Below the pieces are notes generated by a model. The model was given only the letters and a program-made list of their open reading frames with translations. It had not been told where the DNA came from and ran no database searches. Below, piece by piece: positions 9,389 through 19,873 of a stretch of 36,893 nucleotides of DNA. The stretch's first letter is position 1. Every line of letters begins with the position of its first letter. The DNA lies in the NCBI GenBank assembly GCA_965233585.1, contig CBDDTI010000401.1:1-36893 (forward strand), in the 5' to 3' direction. The DNA is from a bacterium (GTDB taxonomy: Bacteria; SAR324; NAC60-12). A program made the position numbers and the translations under genes.

Positions 9389-10723
9389 ATGACTGAAAAG
9401 GGTGGCATCGGAGGTCTAGGGTTCGAGCAGGACGATTTGACAGAACAAGCTCTTGATCTGCACGCGCCGCTCGGGGTCGATATAAGCCTTGAAAAAGGCA
9501 ATGATGTGGTCTACAACAGCGTTTCCAGCGTTTCAAACACCGGACCGATCGAATTCATCATCCCGCGAGACGAAGAGTGTTCCATCATTCTGGATCAGAC
9601 TAGATTAATAGGGCATTTCGTTGTCAAGACAGCAAAGGATGAAAATGTCGGACCCGACGATCGAGTCTTTCTGGCCAATAATTTCGCGAGCAATCTATTT
9701 AGCGCGGTTGAAATCTACATTAACGGTACTCAAGTCTGCGACTTGAGCACGGCAAATTCCTACCCTTTCAAAAACTTTATCCAGACCGAGTTGTCGTTTG
9801 ATAGAGAGGCCAAACAGAGTCAGCTAAGAGCCGAAGGTTATTTTGAAGAAAAAGAAAACGATATTGGAGCTTGCGAGCCCGGTATAAATCAGCGTTTAAT
9901 ACACCGTCGAAATCTTATACTTCACGGCAAAAAAGTTTATTTCTGCTCTCGATTGGGGGCGGATATTATGTATACGGATAAGTATATGCCACCGAATGTC
10001 GACATCAAGATTAAGCTTATTAGAAACAGTCCGACATTCGGTATTCTTCACGCCGAAGATGACAAATCTTTTAAAATCGTTTTAAAGGATTTAAAGTTGA
10101 AAATGAGAAAAGTTTTGCCGGTCGAGCAGCAGAGAAAGCATTTTAGGATGAAAATGTCTCAACAGCCCTGCTATATACCCTTTAAGCTGAGTCAGTTGAA
10201 GGTTTTTGTGATTCCAGCCGGCGTCACATCGTACACCGTTACCAATATTGCCTCACAAATACTGCCCAAACAAGTTATTTTCACCCTAATTCACAACCAA
10301 GCCTTGACGCACGATAGCAAATTCAACCCGTTCGACTTTCAACACTTTGATCTTAATTATTTCAATCTTATTAAAAACGGACAATGCGTCTTCCCAAAAG
10401 CTTTTCAGCCGGATTTTGATGATGATAACTACATGGACCTGTACAGACACATGTACGACAGCACGGGTTTCGGCATTTCAAATAGTTCTTGCGACATTTC
10501 GCCCGCGGTTTTTAAGAGAGGAAGATGTTTTCTAACTGCCGATTTGACCCCCGATCGCTGCAACAGTTTTCACATTCACCCCGACGAAAAAGGCAAGTTG
10601 GACTTGGAATTAGGCTTTAAAACAGCCAAGCCTCACCCCATCTACCTGCTAGCCTACAGCATTTTTAATTCCGGAATTAAAATAGAGGAGAACGGCCAAG
10701 TTGTTAGGGCCGAAGAGCGATAA
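9389..10723 (+). CDS. Major capsid protein paralog 2 (double jelly-roll)
   Basis: GPIEFII, NNFASNLFSAVEIYING, YPFKNFIQTEL, NPFDFQHF, PDF, DLTPD, GKLDLELGF. Confidence 0.9.
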   Translation: MTEKGGIGGLGFEQDDLTEQALDLHAPLGVDISLEKGNDVVYNSVSSVSNTGPIEFIIPRDEECSIILDQTRLIGHFVVKTAKDENVGPDDRVFLANNFASNLFSAVEIYINGTQVCDLSTANSYPFKNFIQTELSFDREAKQSQLRAEGYFEEKENDIGACEPGINQRLIHRRNLILHGKKVYFCSRLGADIMYTDKYMPPNVDIKIKLIRNSPTFGILHAEDDKSFKIVLKDLKLKMRKVLPVEQQRKHFRMKMSQQPCYIPFKLSQLKVFVIPAGVTSYTVTNIASQILPKQVIFTLIHNQALTHDSKFNPFDFQHFDLNYFNLIKNGQCVFPKAFQPDFDDDNYMDLYRHMYDSTGFGISNSSCDISPAVFKRGRCFLTADLTPDRCNSFHIHPDEKGKLDLELGFKTAKPHPIYLLAYSIFNSGIKIEENGQVVRAEER

Positions 10724-11208
10724 TGGCCGGTTTGAGCAACGTATTTCTAGATCGGTTTTTATCCCCACTTTGCAAGAATTTCATCGGCACCTTTGCAGTC
10801 GACACGTTACCCTCAAACTTGTGGAACACTAGCTGTTGCGCCATCGTCAATCTTTCGGTTTCAAGCCATCCCGGCAGTCATTTCATCGCCTTTTTTATTA
10901 ATAAGCAAAACTATTTGTATTATTTCGACAGCTATGCACTACCCGTGCCCGCCTATAATCACCACCTCATCCATTTTTTGAAAAAATGGGAAAATTGCGG
11001 CAGAATAAGACATGTCCTGGACCGATCGATTCAAGCTTTCGATTCTTTGTTTTGCGGGTGGTATGCTGCCGCATTTTGCATGTTTGTCAATGCATACGCA
11101 AACGTGAAGCCGCGACACTTTTGCACTTTTTTTAATCCCAATAATTTACGCGAAAATGAAAAACGCGTCAAACATTTAGTTAATTGTTTGCAAGTCAAGC
11201 TTTATTAG
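10723..11208 (+). CDS. Adenain-like cysteine protease
   Basis: IVN..PGSHFIA (His), YFDS (Asp), IQ..SLFCGWY (Gln, Cys). TAATG overlap with MCP2; AATAAA at 11240-11245. Confidence 0.93.
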   Translation: MAGLSNVFLDRFLSPLCKNFIGTFAVDTLPSNLWNTSCCAIVNLSVSSHPGSHFIAFFINKQNYLYYFDSYALPVPAYNHHLIHFLKKWENCGRIRHVLDRSIQAFDSLFCGWYAAAFCMFVNAYANVKPRHFCTFFNPNNLRENEKRVKHLVNCLQVKLY

Positions 11209-11331
11209 AATATACAGAATTGCCTATAATGTTTTAGTTAATAAAAAGCCGCAAATCTGATTTCTGTTCTGCAGCAAAGCTGCAGTCGCCGCCGTTGCCG
11301 CGGCTGTTGCCGCGGTTGCACACACGCATCT

Positions 11332-12545
11332 TCACTTGCTGCCGAGTTTGACATTGACGGGGAAATCCAGACCTTGACACAGCTCCACCATACCCTCGGT
11401 AAATTCATCCAACTTGTGCAGAGGAAAATTCATCCTAATTATCTTGGTGCTGTGGCTTTTGTTGTTGTCGTTATACTGCGGGAAAAAAGATTTTTTACGC
11501 ATTTTTCCGCTCAATTTTTTTCTATTTACATTTTTATTTCGCCTTACCTGCTCTTTAGAGACGTAAAATACCGGCCACACGCTAAGGCCCGCAGCACGCT
11601 GGATATGCCTAACGCCGCTAACTCCAATTACCATCCTAGGGTTGGATGCAATCACTTTGCTCATCGGGGCAAAAGGCAAGCTCACCGATCGCGATGACAC
11701 CTCCTTGTTTTTAAAAGCCTCAATAAACTTTTTCATGGTGGCTGGATTAGGGTAGATGTACTGTTGAGCAAAACAGCGCAGAAAAGTTTTTTTAACAAAA
11801 ATACGCTGAGCTGATTCTGAACTGTTTTACTCACCCCGTCGTCTCCAATAAAATATTGTTCGCGATGGCTATGGCTTTCTAGCCACTTGGAAAAGTTTAC
11901 CTCCGCGGTTTTTACGCGCTCGTTAACATCCCATTTGCAGGGTCGAAACAACTCCTCTTGCTTTTTCCTTGTCAAATTAATCCCATCCACCTTGGACGAA
12001 ACCGGCTCCGGCTCGACATAATTTTTCCTTTTTGAATCGGGTAATTTCTTTTTGCCTGAATCGGACCTTGGTCTTTTTTTCGCGCAAAACGGCTTTCCTT
12101 GATCCTCCATCTCCGGTTCTTCAATATCAGTCGGAGCATCGTCATCATCATCGTCATCATCGTCATCCTCGTTATCATCTTGGGCGGCATCAGACTCAAC
12201 ATCGTTATCATCGTTATCAGAGCCGTCTTGCATGTTCTCTGAGCCGGATTCTTCAGACTCGTCATCGCTTGAATTCTCGTTGTCTCTCATGTCCTCATCC
12301 TTCTCCATGTCTGAGTCGGAATCTTCTAATTGCTTATGTCCTTTGTTCGCAGATGACGAACGGGATTTGGCAAGTTTACTACTTTTTTGCTCTTTGGTGT
12401 AAACTTTTGACGTTTTTTCAACGTGGCTTTTTTCGAACGGTGTCTTTTTCGCGACCTTTTTATGCGCAGACTTCCCCTTTTTTTTGTACAAGATCGTCTT
12501 GCTGCCTTTGCCATTGCTTTCAGATGATGTAGCCAGTTTACCCAT
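11332..12545 (-). CDS. Spliced gene for a basic/acidic low-complexity protein with a small C-terminal globular domain; exons 12545-11835, 11760-11548, 11475-11332
   Basis: Intron 11834-11761 (GTGAGT..CAACAG, 74 nt) joins IGDDG|YIYPNPATMKK in frame. Likely second intron 11547-11476 (GTAAGG..CCGCAG, 72 nt) joins SKEQ|YNDN. Confidence 0.7.
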
Positions 12546-13666
12546 GACGCGACCGATGTTTTATCTTAGGTGTGGATGTGAAGCCAGTCAAAATATTATT
12601 GGTGTTTCACCAAAAGCGCAAATTGGCTTTTATACTATTTTGACTTGTATAATGGCAAATGCTAGAATATTCTCGATGAAATTGTGGTCAACTTTTAACC
12701 CATTTTAAGGCAAAAAAAGTTCTAGAAGAAACTAGAAAAATCTAAAAGCAATTATTTTCATAAAGGTTTGAAAAAATTTAAAAATGCTCATTTCTATTTT
12801 TTTGTCGGTAAAATGACCTAAAATTAGGGCATCTTTTGTAAAATGGAGAATTTTTTCCCCCTTTTTAGATGCTGCTCCTTGGCACGTGCTTTTTTTCTCA
12901 CTTGAGCTAATGGTTTTTCTGCTTAATGGTTTTCAACGCTAATTTTCCTTCCAGAAAATTGTCATTCTTTATTTCTTTGACCGCAAAAAAGGGTGCAAAG
13001 ACCCGATTGTTAACCTTTTAATAATTAATCTTTTTCCTTTTGCTGATTTATTTTAATGGGTGTGCTGCTAAAAAAAATTGGCTGTTGTTTAAAAGAAAAA
13101 ACAATTTTTAGCAAACACACTGTCTCATATCTTGTCATTAATTTGCTCCAATTTCGGCGCTTTTGCTTTAAGCCTTAATGCATGTGCGGAAAAATGAACA
13201 AAAATAAAGGAAAATTGCACGGAAAACACAATCTGACGTCAGGTTGCGGGGATAAAAGGATTTACAAGAAGGGTTAAAATTTTCTCCAAAATTAATTATC
13301 TTTTCAAAAAACCAGGTTTAATTTTTGCGCCTTTTTTCTACTATTAAAAAGTTTACATGAATGACCCTTTTTGAGATAAGGAGTCATTCCAAAATCTAAA
13401 CTGAAACCGAAAAGATCCTGGTTTTATCTTTTAGACACTTGAAAAAAATCGTAAGTAGACAAAAAGTCTTTACAATTTTAAAACATTGAATTTTTTTGAA
13501 AAATATTTTTAAACATAAAGTTGGTTAAAGTCTAAAAATTTTTTACACAAATTGAGCTTACGCAAAAAAAATTTTAACAATTGCTTAAAGTCTTAAAATT
13601 TTTTACCCAAAATTGAGCTTACGCAAAAATCTTAAACCTGATTTCAATCACCCTGCTTTCTAGACA
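12546..13666. promoter_or_regulatory. AT-rich divergent intergenic region (probable control region)
   Basis: The only long non-coding gap between genes of the element, lying between divergent genes. Contains CTGACGTCAG (13233-13242), GCACGTGC (12882-12889) and a duplicated ~40-bp motif at ~13527 and ~13587. Confidence 0.5.
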
Positions 13667-14443
13667 ATGCCGAAAAATAGGGAATCAAGATTAATTGGTT
13701 TTAAGAGGTGTGGGCCTTTCCAAATAAAACTGGGAAGAAGGACACCTGTGGATCAAGTCTCGGTCGAGCTCACGTCCGCATCTTCCACCGTCGCGCTGCC
13801 TTCGAACTCACCGCCCGCTTCCCTTTCCACCTCTTTTATTCAAATTAGAACTGAGCCCCTTTTATCCTCGACACCAAACACCTCGTTTAGACCGGTGTGT
13901 TACAGCCCTCCGCCTTCCCCTTCGCCCGTGCCATCACCGGTCTATTCAATGCCGGCTCCCTTTCGTCCGCTTCAACCTGGCTTGTTCTTACCGGGCCCCC
14001 CAACTCCGGCTCCACCGAGACTACCAACCATGTCTCCAACGGCTGTGTCCCTCCCGCAATCCCCAATGTTGTGTGACATGAGGGCTTTGCGGGCTCAGCT
14101 AAGGCCGATCCGTCCGGCGCCCATAACAACTCCGCTTCTAGCAGCACCACCGCGACTCGTCATCCCCGAACCGCGAGGAGCAAGGGTGGTAAGATTACCG
14201 GGCGTGTCGGTAAATGGAGGGGTCATAAGTGAGGGGCTCGACTTGAGGGTAAACCGCCCCTGTCCGGATCCGCAGGTTTTTACGGAAAAATTAAAGAAAA
14301 TTTTAAGTAAGGTGTCCCCCTTGCTCGTATTTTACGAGTCGCAAGGGGAAAATTTATTTTTAAACCCGTCCATTCGCGAATTGTATAAAAAAAATTTAAC
14401 TGAAGTGCAAGAATTTGTAGAGAGTGCTAATAATTTATTGTAA
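13667..14443 (+). CDS. Proline-rich hypothetical protein with C-terminal helix
   Basis: 258-aa GC-rich ORF. A possible intron at 14440-14509 would extend it to 14555. Confidence 0.65.
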   Translation: MPKNRESRLIGFKRCGPFQIKLGRRTPVDQVSVELTSASSTVALPSNSPPASLSTSFIQIRTEPLLSSTPNTSFRPVCYSPPPSPSPVPSPVYSMPAPFRPLQPGLFLPGPPTPAPPRLPTMSPTAVSLPQSPMLCDMRALRAQLRPIRPAPITTPLLAAPPRLVIPEPRGARVVRLPGVSVNGGVISEGLDLRVNRPCPDPQVFTEKLKKILSKVSPLLVFYESQGENLFLNPSIRELYKKNLTEVQEFVESANNLL

Positions 14444-14538
14444 ATATAACAATTGTGTGTGTGTGTATATATAAAGATTAGAAGATACAACATTTTTTTC
14501 CTTTTTCAGAAAAAGTTTAAAAGCGAGAGAAAAAAAGA

Positions 14539-15174
14539 ATGACGCACAAGTGTGAAACGTGTCACATATCGTTTTCCAGAAAGAGTCGTCTTGCCAATCA
14601 TTTAAAATTAAAACACAGAAATCAAGCAAATCATAATGGTCGCGACAAGTTAAGAAAGTGCCCGTTTTGTGAACTTAAATACAGTGATAAGAACGAGTTA
14701 TCGTCTCACGTAGATTCGAATCACGCGGAATCAAGGGTATTTTCTAAAAGGCAAGGAGCCATTGGCGACAAAGTTTGCATTTTCCAACAAGAACTGACTC
14801 ACCTAAAAAGCTCTTTGCAAGATTTTTGCAACTCTAAGCAAACGATCGAAAATGTGTTTAATCTCGTTAAAAGTCAATTTACACATCGGGTGGTTTGTCG
14901 AATAAGTATAACAATCACGGCAGATTACGAGATACAGGGTTTAGATGAAGAAAGTCAGGGAAAAAGCGTCGACATCGATTCTTTCACGTTACGGTCAAAA
15001 GGCGTCGCGGTCAACAAATATCAAAGCGATGAGCAGATTCGAGATAGGATAAAGTCACTTTTGGCTGGATCGGTGGAGAGGGAAGACGATTTGTTAACTA
15101 GAGGTTCAGGTTGGCGATTTGCTCAACTTCAAAGTTGCAGCGTTTTAATCTATGACTGTAGCAGTATTTTTTAA
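14539..15174 (+). CDS. Two C2H2 zinc fingers plus terminal-protein-like domain (normally the pPolB N-terminus)
   Basis: CETC..HLKLKH and CPFC..HVDSNH fingers. RGSGWRF motif characteristic of the Polinton pPolB N-terminal region. Confidence 0.8.
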   Translation: MTHKCETCHISFSRKSRLANHLKLKHRNQANHNGRDKLRKCPFCELKYSDKNELSSHVDSNHAESRVFSKRQGAIGDKVCIFQQELTHLKSSLQDFCNSKQTIENVFNLVKSQFTHRVVCRISITITADYEIQGLDEESQGKSVDIDSFTLRSKGVAVNKYQSDEQIRDRIKSLLAGSVEREDDLLTRGSGWRFAQLQSCSVLIYDCSSIF

Positions 15175-15176
15175 TA

Positions 15177-18100
15177 ATGAACAGCGACTCTGTAAACGTG
15201 CCCGAGTATTTATTAAAGTGTCGAAGTGTTTTATGGAACAGAAAATACGATGAAAAGAATTTTCTATATTGTGTCATAGGACATCTTTGGCCGGAAACGG
15301 CAAACATCAGACGATGCGAAAAAATTCCAAAGGAGTATGAAAGTAAATTTAACTTGCAGGGTTTAACCTTTCCCCTGCAGTTTAGCCAGATTAGCAAGTT
15401 TGTTCGAATTAACAAGCACCTACCGTTACGTATAAGAGTTCTTTTTGAAGGTGAACATCAACTGAGTGTTTTAGACGTTTTCTCCAATAGATCTGGCGAG
15501 AAAAATAAGAACAAAAATACGCTAAATTTGCTAATGATTAAAAGTGATTGTCAAATTTCATCGGCCAATAAAGACAGCATTGACGTAAATGGCATTTCCA
15601 ACGTAAAAGACCTTGAGCATCAGCACCATTTTTTCACTATTGCTAATTTAAATGGCTTTCTGAACAACCGAAAATCTGCTATGACCAAAGGAAGACGGCA
15701 TAGAAGTCAGTTTTATTTTTGTGACAGCTGTTTAAGAGATTTTCGTTCGCGCAAGAAACAAAAATTACACGAAAAAATCTGTCAAATGGATAAACAAGCG
15801 GTGATTTATCCAGAAAAGGGCAGTGTCTTGAATTTCGATAAGCAAAGAAATGCTTTTAAAGCACCTGTAGTGGGATTTGCTGATTTTGAGTGTTTTATGG
15901 AAAAGTCAGAGCAAGAAGCAAAAACATGTAAAACATGCGGAAAAGCGTGGGTGACATGCGAATGTCAAGTGTCGGGATGCGCTGAGCTAAGTAAACATCG
16001 AGCTTGCGGCTATTCAATTTGTTTTGTCGATTCGGAAAACGAAGTATTTTATCAAGAAACGTACAGTGGAAAAGACGCTGTGGAAAATTTTCTATCAAAG
16101 CTGGATTATTTCGAAGAATTAGTGGAAGCGCGAAAGCAACGGTTCAAGAACACATCTCAAATTATAGCGAGCAAACATGATTGGGAAGAGTACCACGCCG
16201 CCACGCTATGTCATATTTGCAAAAAAGATTTTGATTCAGGCTCGCGATTATATAAAAAAGTGGTTGATCATGATCACGTCACCGGAAACATTGTTCAAGC
16301 GGCGCATTCTATTTGCAATCTGCAACGACAGGGCCCATTTAGAACACCTATATACTTTCACAACGCCAAGGGGTAAGTACAGACTTTTTTAATATTTATA
16401 ATCCTTGACTTGAGGGAAAGTCATTTTAAATTTTTTTAATTTTAAGATATGACATAAATCTACTAGTAGAAAAATTGGACAAAGAGGCTAATCTGATGGC
16501 GAGTAACCAAGAAAAGTTTAGGACAATCACTATTGGAAAATTTCAAATTAGGGATTCTCTAGAGCACGTGCCATCCAGTCTTGATGCGCTCATGACCGAT
16601 TTATGCAAGGATGAGACGTTTACCTTTCCGATTCTCAAACAATTCGAGCCTTACAAGAGGCTGTGGACGCGACAAAAGGCGAAAGGTTTAAAATTATTGA
16701 AAAGAAAAGGAGTATATCCGTATGAATACTTTTCATCATATGAGTCGATTAAAAACAGTCAATTTCCGCCAAAAGACGCTTTCTACTCGAGATTGAGCGA
16801 AGCCCACATCTCAACCGAAGATCATAAGCACGGCTATGAAGTGTTCAAGTTTTTTAATTGTAAAAATATGGACGACTACATGAAGTTATATTGCGGACTG
16901 GACGTGATTTTGCTGGCTGAGATTTTTGTAAAGTATCGAGAAATGGTGATGAAGCACTTTGAGTTGGATCCCATCTACTATTTAGGTATACCTGGCTTGT
17001 CATTTGACATCATGCTTAAAATGTTTCAAAATGAAGAAAGAAAAGACGAAGAAGAGATTAGTCCTGATTTAATGTCGAAACCACCGGGCTCATTGGACTT
17101 GTTTCACGATCCGGCAATGGAACAGTTTTTTACACGCGGCATTAGAGGAGGGCAGAGTTTTATAGCTACCAGACAAGCGACGGGTCAGGCCGATCCTAAA
17201 GCGAGCGGCGAGCATTTACTATATGTAGATGGTAATATTTTTTATTAAACGTCAAAGAAAAAAAGATTGATTAAAATTACGATACATTTTCAGCTAACAA
17301 TCTTTACGGCAGCATGGAAACACGCATGCTGCCGGTGGGTAATTTTAAGTGGGTGCCAAAAAAGGAGATAAAAACATGGACGGACAAGGACATTTTGAAT
17401 TTGCCTTCGCAAAGCAGGATTGGCTATGCTTTTGAAGTGGATTTGCACTATCCAAAAAAATATCATGAGGTAAATAATTGTTTCTGCTAAACACCAACTG
17501 CTAGAAAAATTTTTTTTATTTATTTTGCAGAGAGATGATCAATTTCCTTTGGCTCCTTACACTGACACAATAAACTTTGATGATCTGTCACCGTTTAACA
17601 AACAACTTTTGAAGAAGCACTGTCCGACTGATTACAAAAACAAACGTTACAGTTCGCGAAAGCTTCTTGCCACATTCTACCCGCGACGTAAATATGTCGT
17701 CTTGTTAGATAATCTAAAGTATTATTTGAGGCGAGGGCTGAAGCTTACAAAAATCAGACGAGCGGTCAAGTTTGAGCAAAAAGACTTTTTAAAAAACTTT
17801 ATCACAAAAATTACAAAATTAAGGTCGGAGGCAAAAACTGATTTTGAATTACGTCTCTTCAAGTTGTTTGCCAATTCCACATTTGGCAAATTTATAGGTA
17901 AAATAAAGTAATGGCTCCCTTTTTTCACAATAAAATGTTTAATTTTTTTCAGAGAACGCGCGAAACTACATCGAAATCGTATTGTGCCACAATGAAAAGA
18001 AGCTGAGAAAGACTTGCATGGGTCAGCATGTTTCGAATTTGAAAGTCATAAACGAAAACCTTGTGGCTGTCATGAAAAAACCGGCCGTTATTGAAATGAA

Positions 18101-18740
18101 GAAACCGTTGGCGGTGGGGTTTGCGATTTTGGAACTATCCAAACTCTACATGTATCGATCGTACGACAAATTTAGACGTTACTTTGGAACGGAGAATCTA
18201 AGGTTGTGCTTTTCGGACACAGACTCGTTTCTGTTTCAAGTAAAATGTCAAAATTTAGTTAAAAAGTTAAAAAGAATGGAACACATGTTCGACTTCTCAA
18301 AATACGATAAAGATCACGAGTTGTTTGACGATAGCAGAGCCAATCATTTGTTTTACTTCAAAGACGAGCTAAAAGGAAAGGCCGCAATTACTGAATTTAT
18401 CGGCTTAAGGCCAAAATGTTACAGCATGACGGTCAAGGATTTGAAAACCCGAGGAGCCAGCGTAAAGAAAATTTGTAAGGGCCTTAAAAAAACTAGTATT
18501 AAAAATCACTTGACCTTTGAGGATTATAAAAAATGTTTAAACGAATCAACATTGGTATATAAGCCTCTTGTTAATATTAAATCAAAGAATCACAGAATGT
18601 CAACAACCTACCAACGGAAAATTGCTCTATCTGCCATGGACACCAAACGTTATGTGCTTTCTTGTGGAAAGTGCACTTTGGCCTTAGGAAGTTGTCATGT
18701 AAAAAAATGTTATAAACATGAATGTAAGGAAATCAAATAA
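15177..18740 (+). CDS. polB: Protein-primed family B DNA polymerase, 5 exons (15177-16372, 16447-17231, 17294-17469, 17531-17897, 17953-18740; 1103 aa)
   Basis: Splicing four GT-AG introns restores HNAKG|YD, YVD|ANNLYG, YHE|RDDQFPLAP and KLFANSTFGKFI|EN. Also ADFE (ExoI), RKGVYPYEY, YCGLDV, SDTDS and an endonuclease VII-like CHIC..DHDHVTG..HSICNL insertion. Confidence 0.95.
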
Positions 18741-18802
18741 ACGTATTGATAAAAATTGATGGTAATATTTTGTCTCTTTTTTGTGACAAGAAAATTAAAA
18801 AC

Positions 18803-19489
18803 ATGGACGGATTTGATTTGCGCTTTAAGCTTCCATCTAACTTACTCGCGGTAGGTCCCACTTCTTGCGGAAAAACGTCATGGCTAAAAAAACTGGTTGA
18901 AGATAGGGCCGTAATGTGCTCGCCCGTTCCGGAATGTATGATTCTATTTTACAAAGAATTTCAACCGACCTATGCTGATATGGAGCGGGGGATGAACGAT
19001 GACGCGCGTGAAAAGAGGTTTTGCAAATTTTCATCCATGCCAGAATCGGTTGAAGAGATGAAAGATATACTGGAAACGTTCCCTAGAGCTCTTCCGAAAA
19101 TTGTGGTATTTGACGATTTTCTTGATGAAGTAGGATCGGTGCTAAAGCACTTTTTCACGGTTTTAACGCATCATTATAATTGTTTGACAGTTTTTTTGTG
19201 TCAGAACATGTTTAGCGCCAAAAGCGAACTCAGAATGCTCAGCATCAACTCGCAGTACATGATTTTATTCAACAATCCCAGAGACCGTAGCGCCGTCTCG
19301 CACCTGGCTAAACAGGTGTATCCGGGTAACGTGCATCGGCTAAACGATGCATATGCGGCAGCAACCGGTGAAAGACCTTATGGCTATTTACTGCTGGATT
19401 TTCATCAGCAGCAAAATAATTTGGTTCGATTAAGAAGTCATATTTTTCCGGACGAACAGCCTACAAGGGCGTACAACGTACGCACGTAA
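18803..19489 (+). CDS. Genome-packaging ATPase (A32/FtsK-like)
   Basis: Walker A VGPTSCGKT, Walker B IVVFDD, HH..LCQN, FNNPRD, PYGYLLLD, RLRSHIFP. First ATG at 18803. Confidence 0.93.
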   Translation: MDGFDLRFKLPSNLLAVGPTSCGKTSWLKKLVEDRAVMCSPVPECMILFYKEFQPTYADMERGMNDDAREKRFCKFSSMPESVEEMKDILETFPRALPKIVVFDDFLDEVGSVLKHFFTVLTHHYNCLTVFLCQNMFSAKSELRMLSINSQYMILFNNPRDRSAVSHLAKQVYPGNVHRLNDAYAAATGERPYGYLLLDFHQQQNNLVRLRSHIFPDEQPTRAYNVRT

Positions 19490-19519
19490 GAATGGCAAAA
19501 TCGTTAAGTAGAATGGTAA

Positions 19520-19873
19520 ATGACGAAATCACTAGAAAAAGCAGTTTCTCTTTTAAACGCGGTAAAACATTTAAAAGACCGTGACTGTTCCAATTTCATT
19601 GGATGTTTAAACGAGGAAGGCATCTATACTCTGTGTCGAATAATACACTACGTTTTGAACGGAGAGCTTACTTTTAGTAAGCGCGTTCGAGCAAGGTTAA
19701 GATCGAAAGTCGGGTGTCATCTGCCTGACTTTAAAAAACTGTCAAATTACCCGCGCAATAGTCGAGATATTTGCAAAAAGAAGCGAATACTGCAAAGAGG
19801 AGGCATAATCGGGGTTCTGACGGCTATTGCTAGCGCTGTAATACCTCTAATCACTCAACTTATTACAAAATGA
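19520..19873 (+). CDS. Conserved small Polinton protein with C-terminal QxGG and amphipathic helix
   Basis: KKKRILQRGGIIGVLTAIASAVIPLI matches the small gene usually found next to the ATPase. Confidence 0.75.
   Translation: MTKSLEKAVSLLNAVKHLKDRDCSNFIGCLNEEGIYTLCRIIHYVLNGELTFSKRVRARLRSKVGCHLPDFKKLSNYPRNSRDICKKKRILQRGGIIGVLTAIASAVIPLITQLITK

Noticed and set aside
4026..15415. Antisense or alternate-frame ORFs (4026, 5431, 6321, 8762, 11374, 12032, 13887, 15098 and others)
   Set aside because: Shadows of real genes with no recognisable motifs.
15177..18740. pPolB as a fragmented pseudogene
   Set aside because: All four breaks are GT-AG introns that restore frame and motifs exactly.
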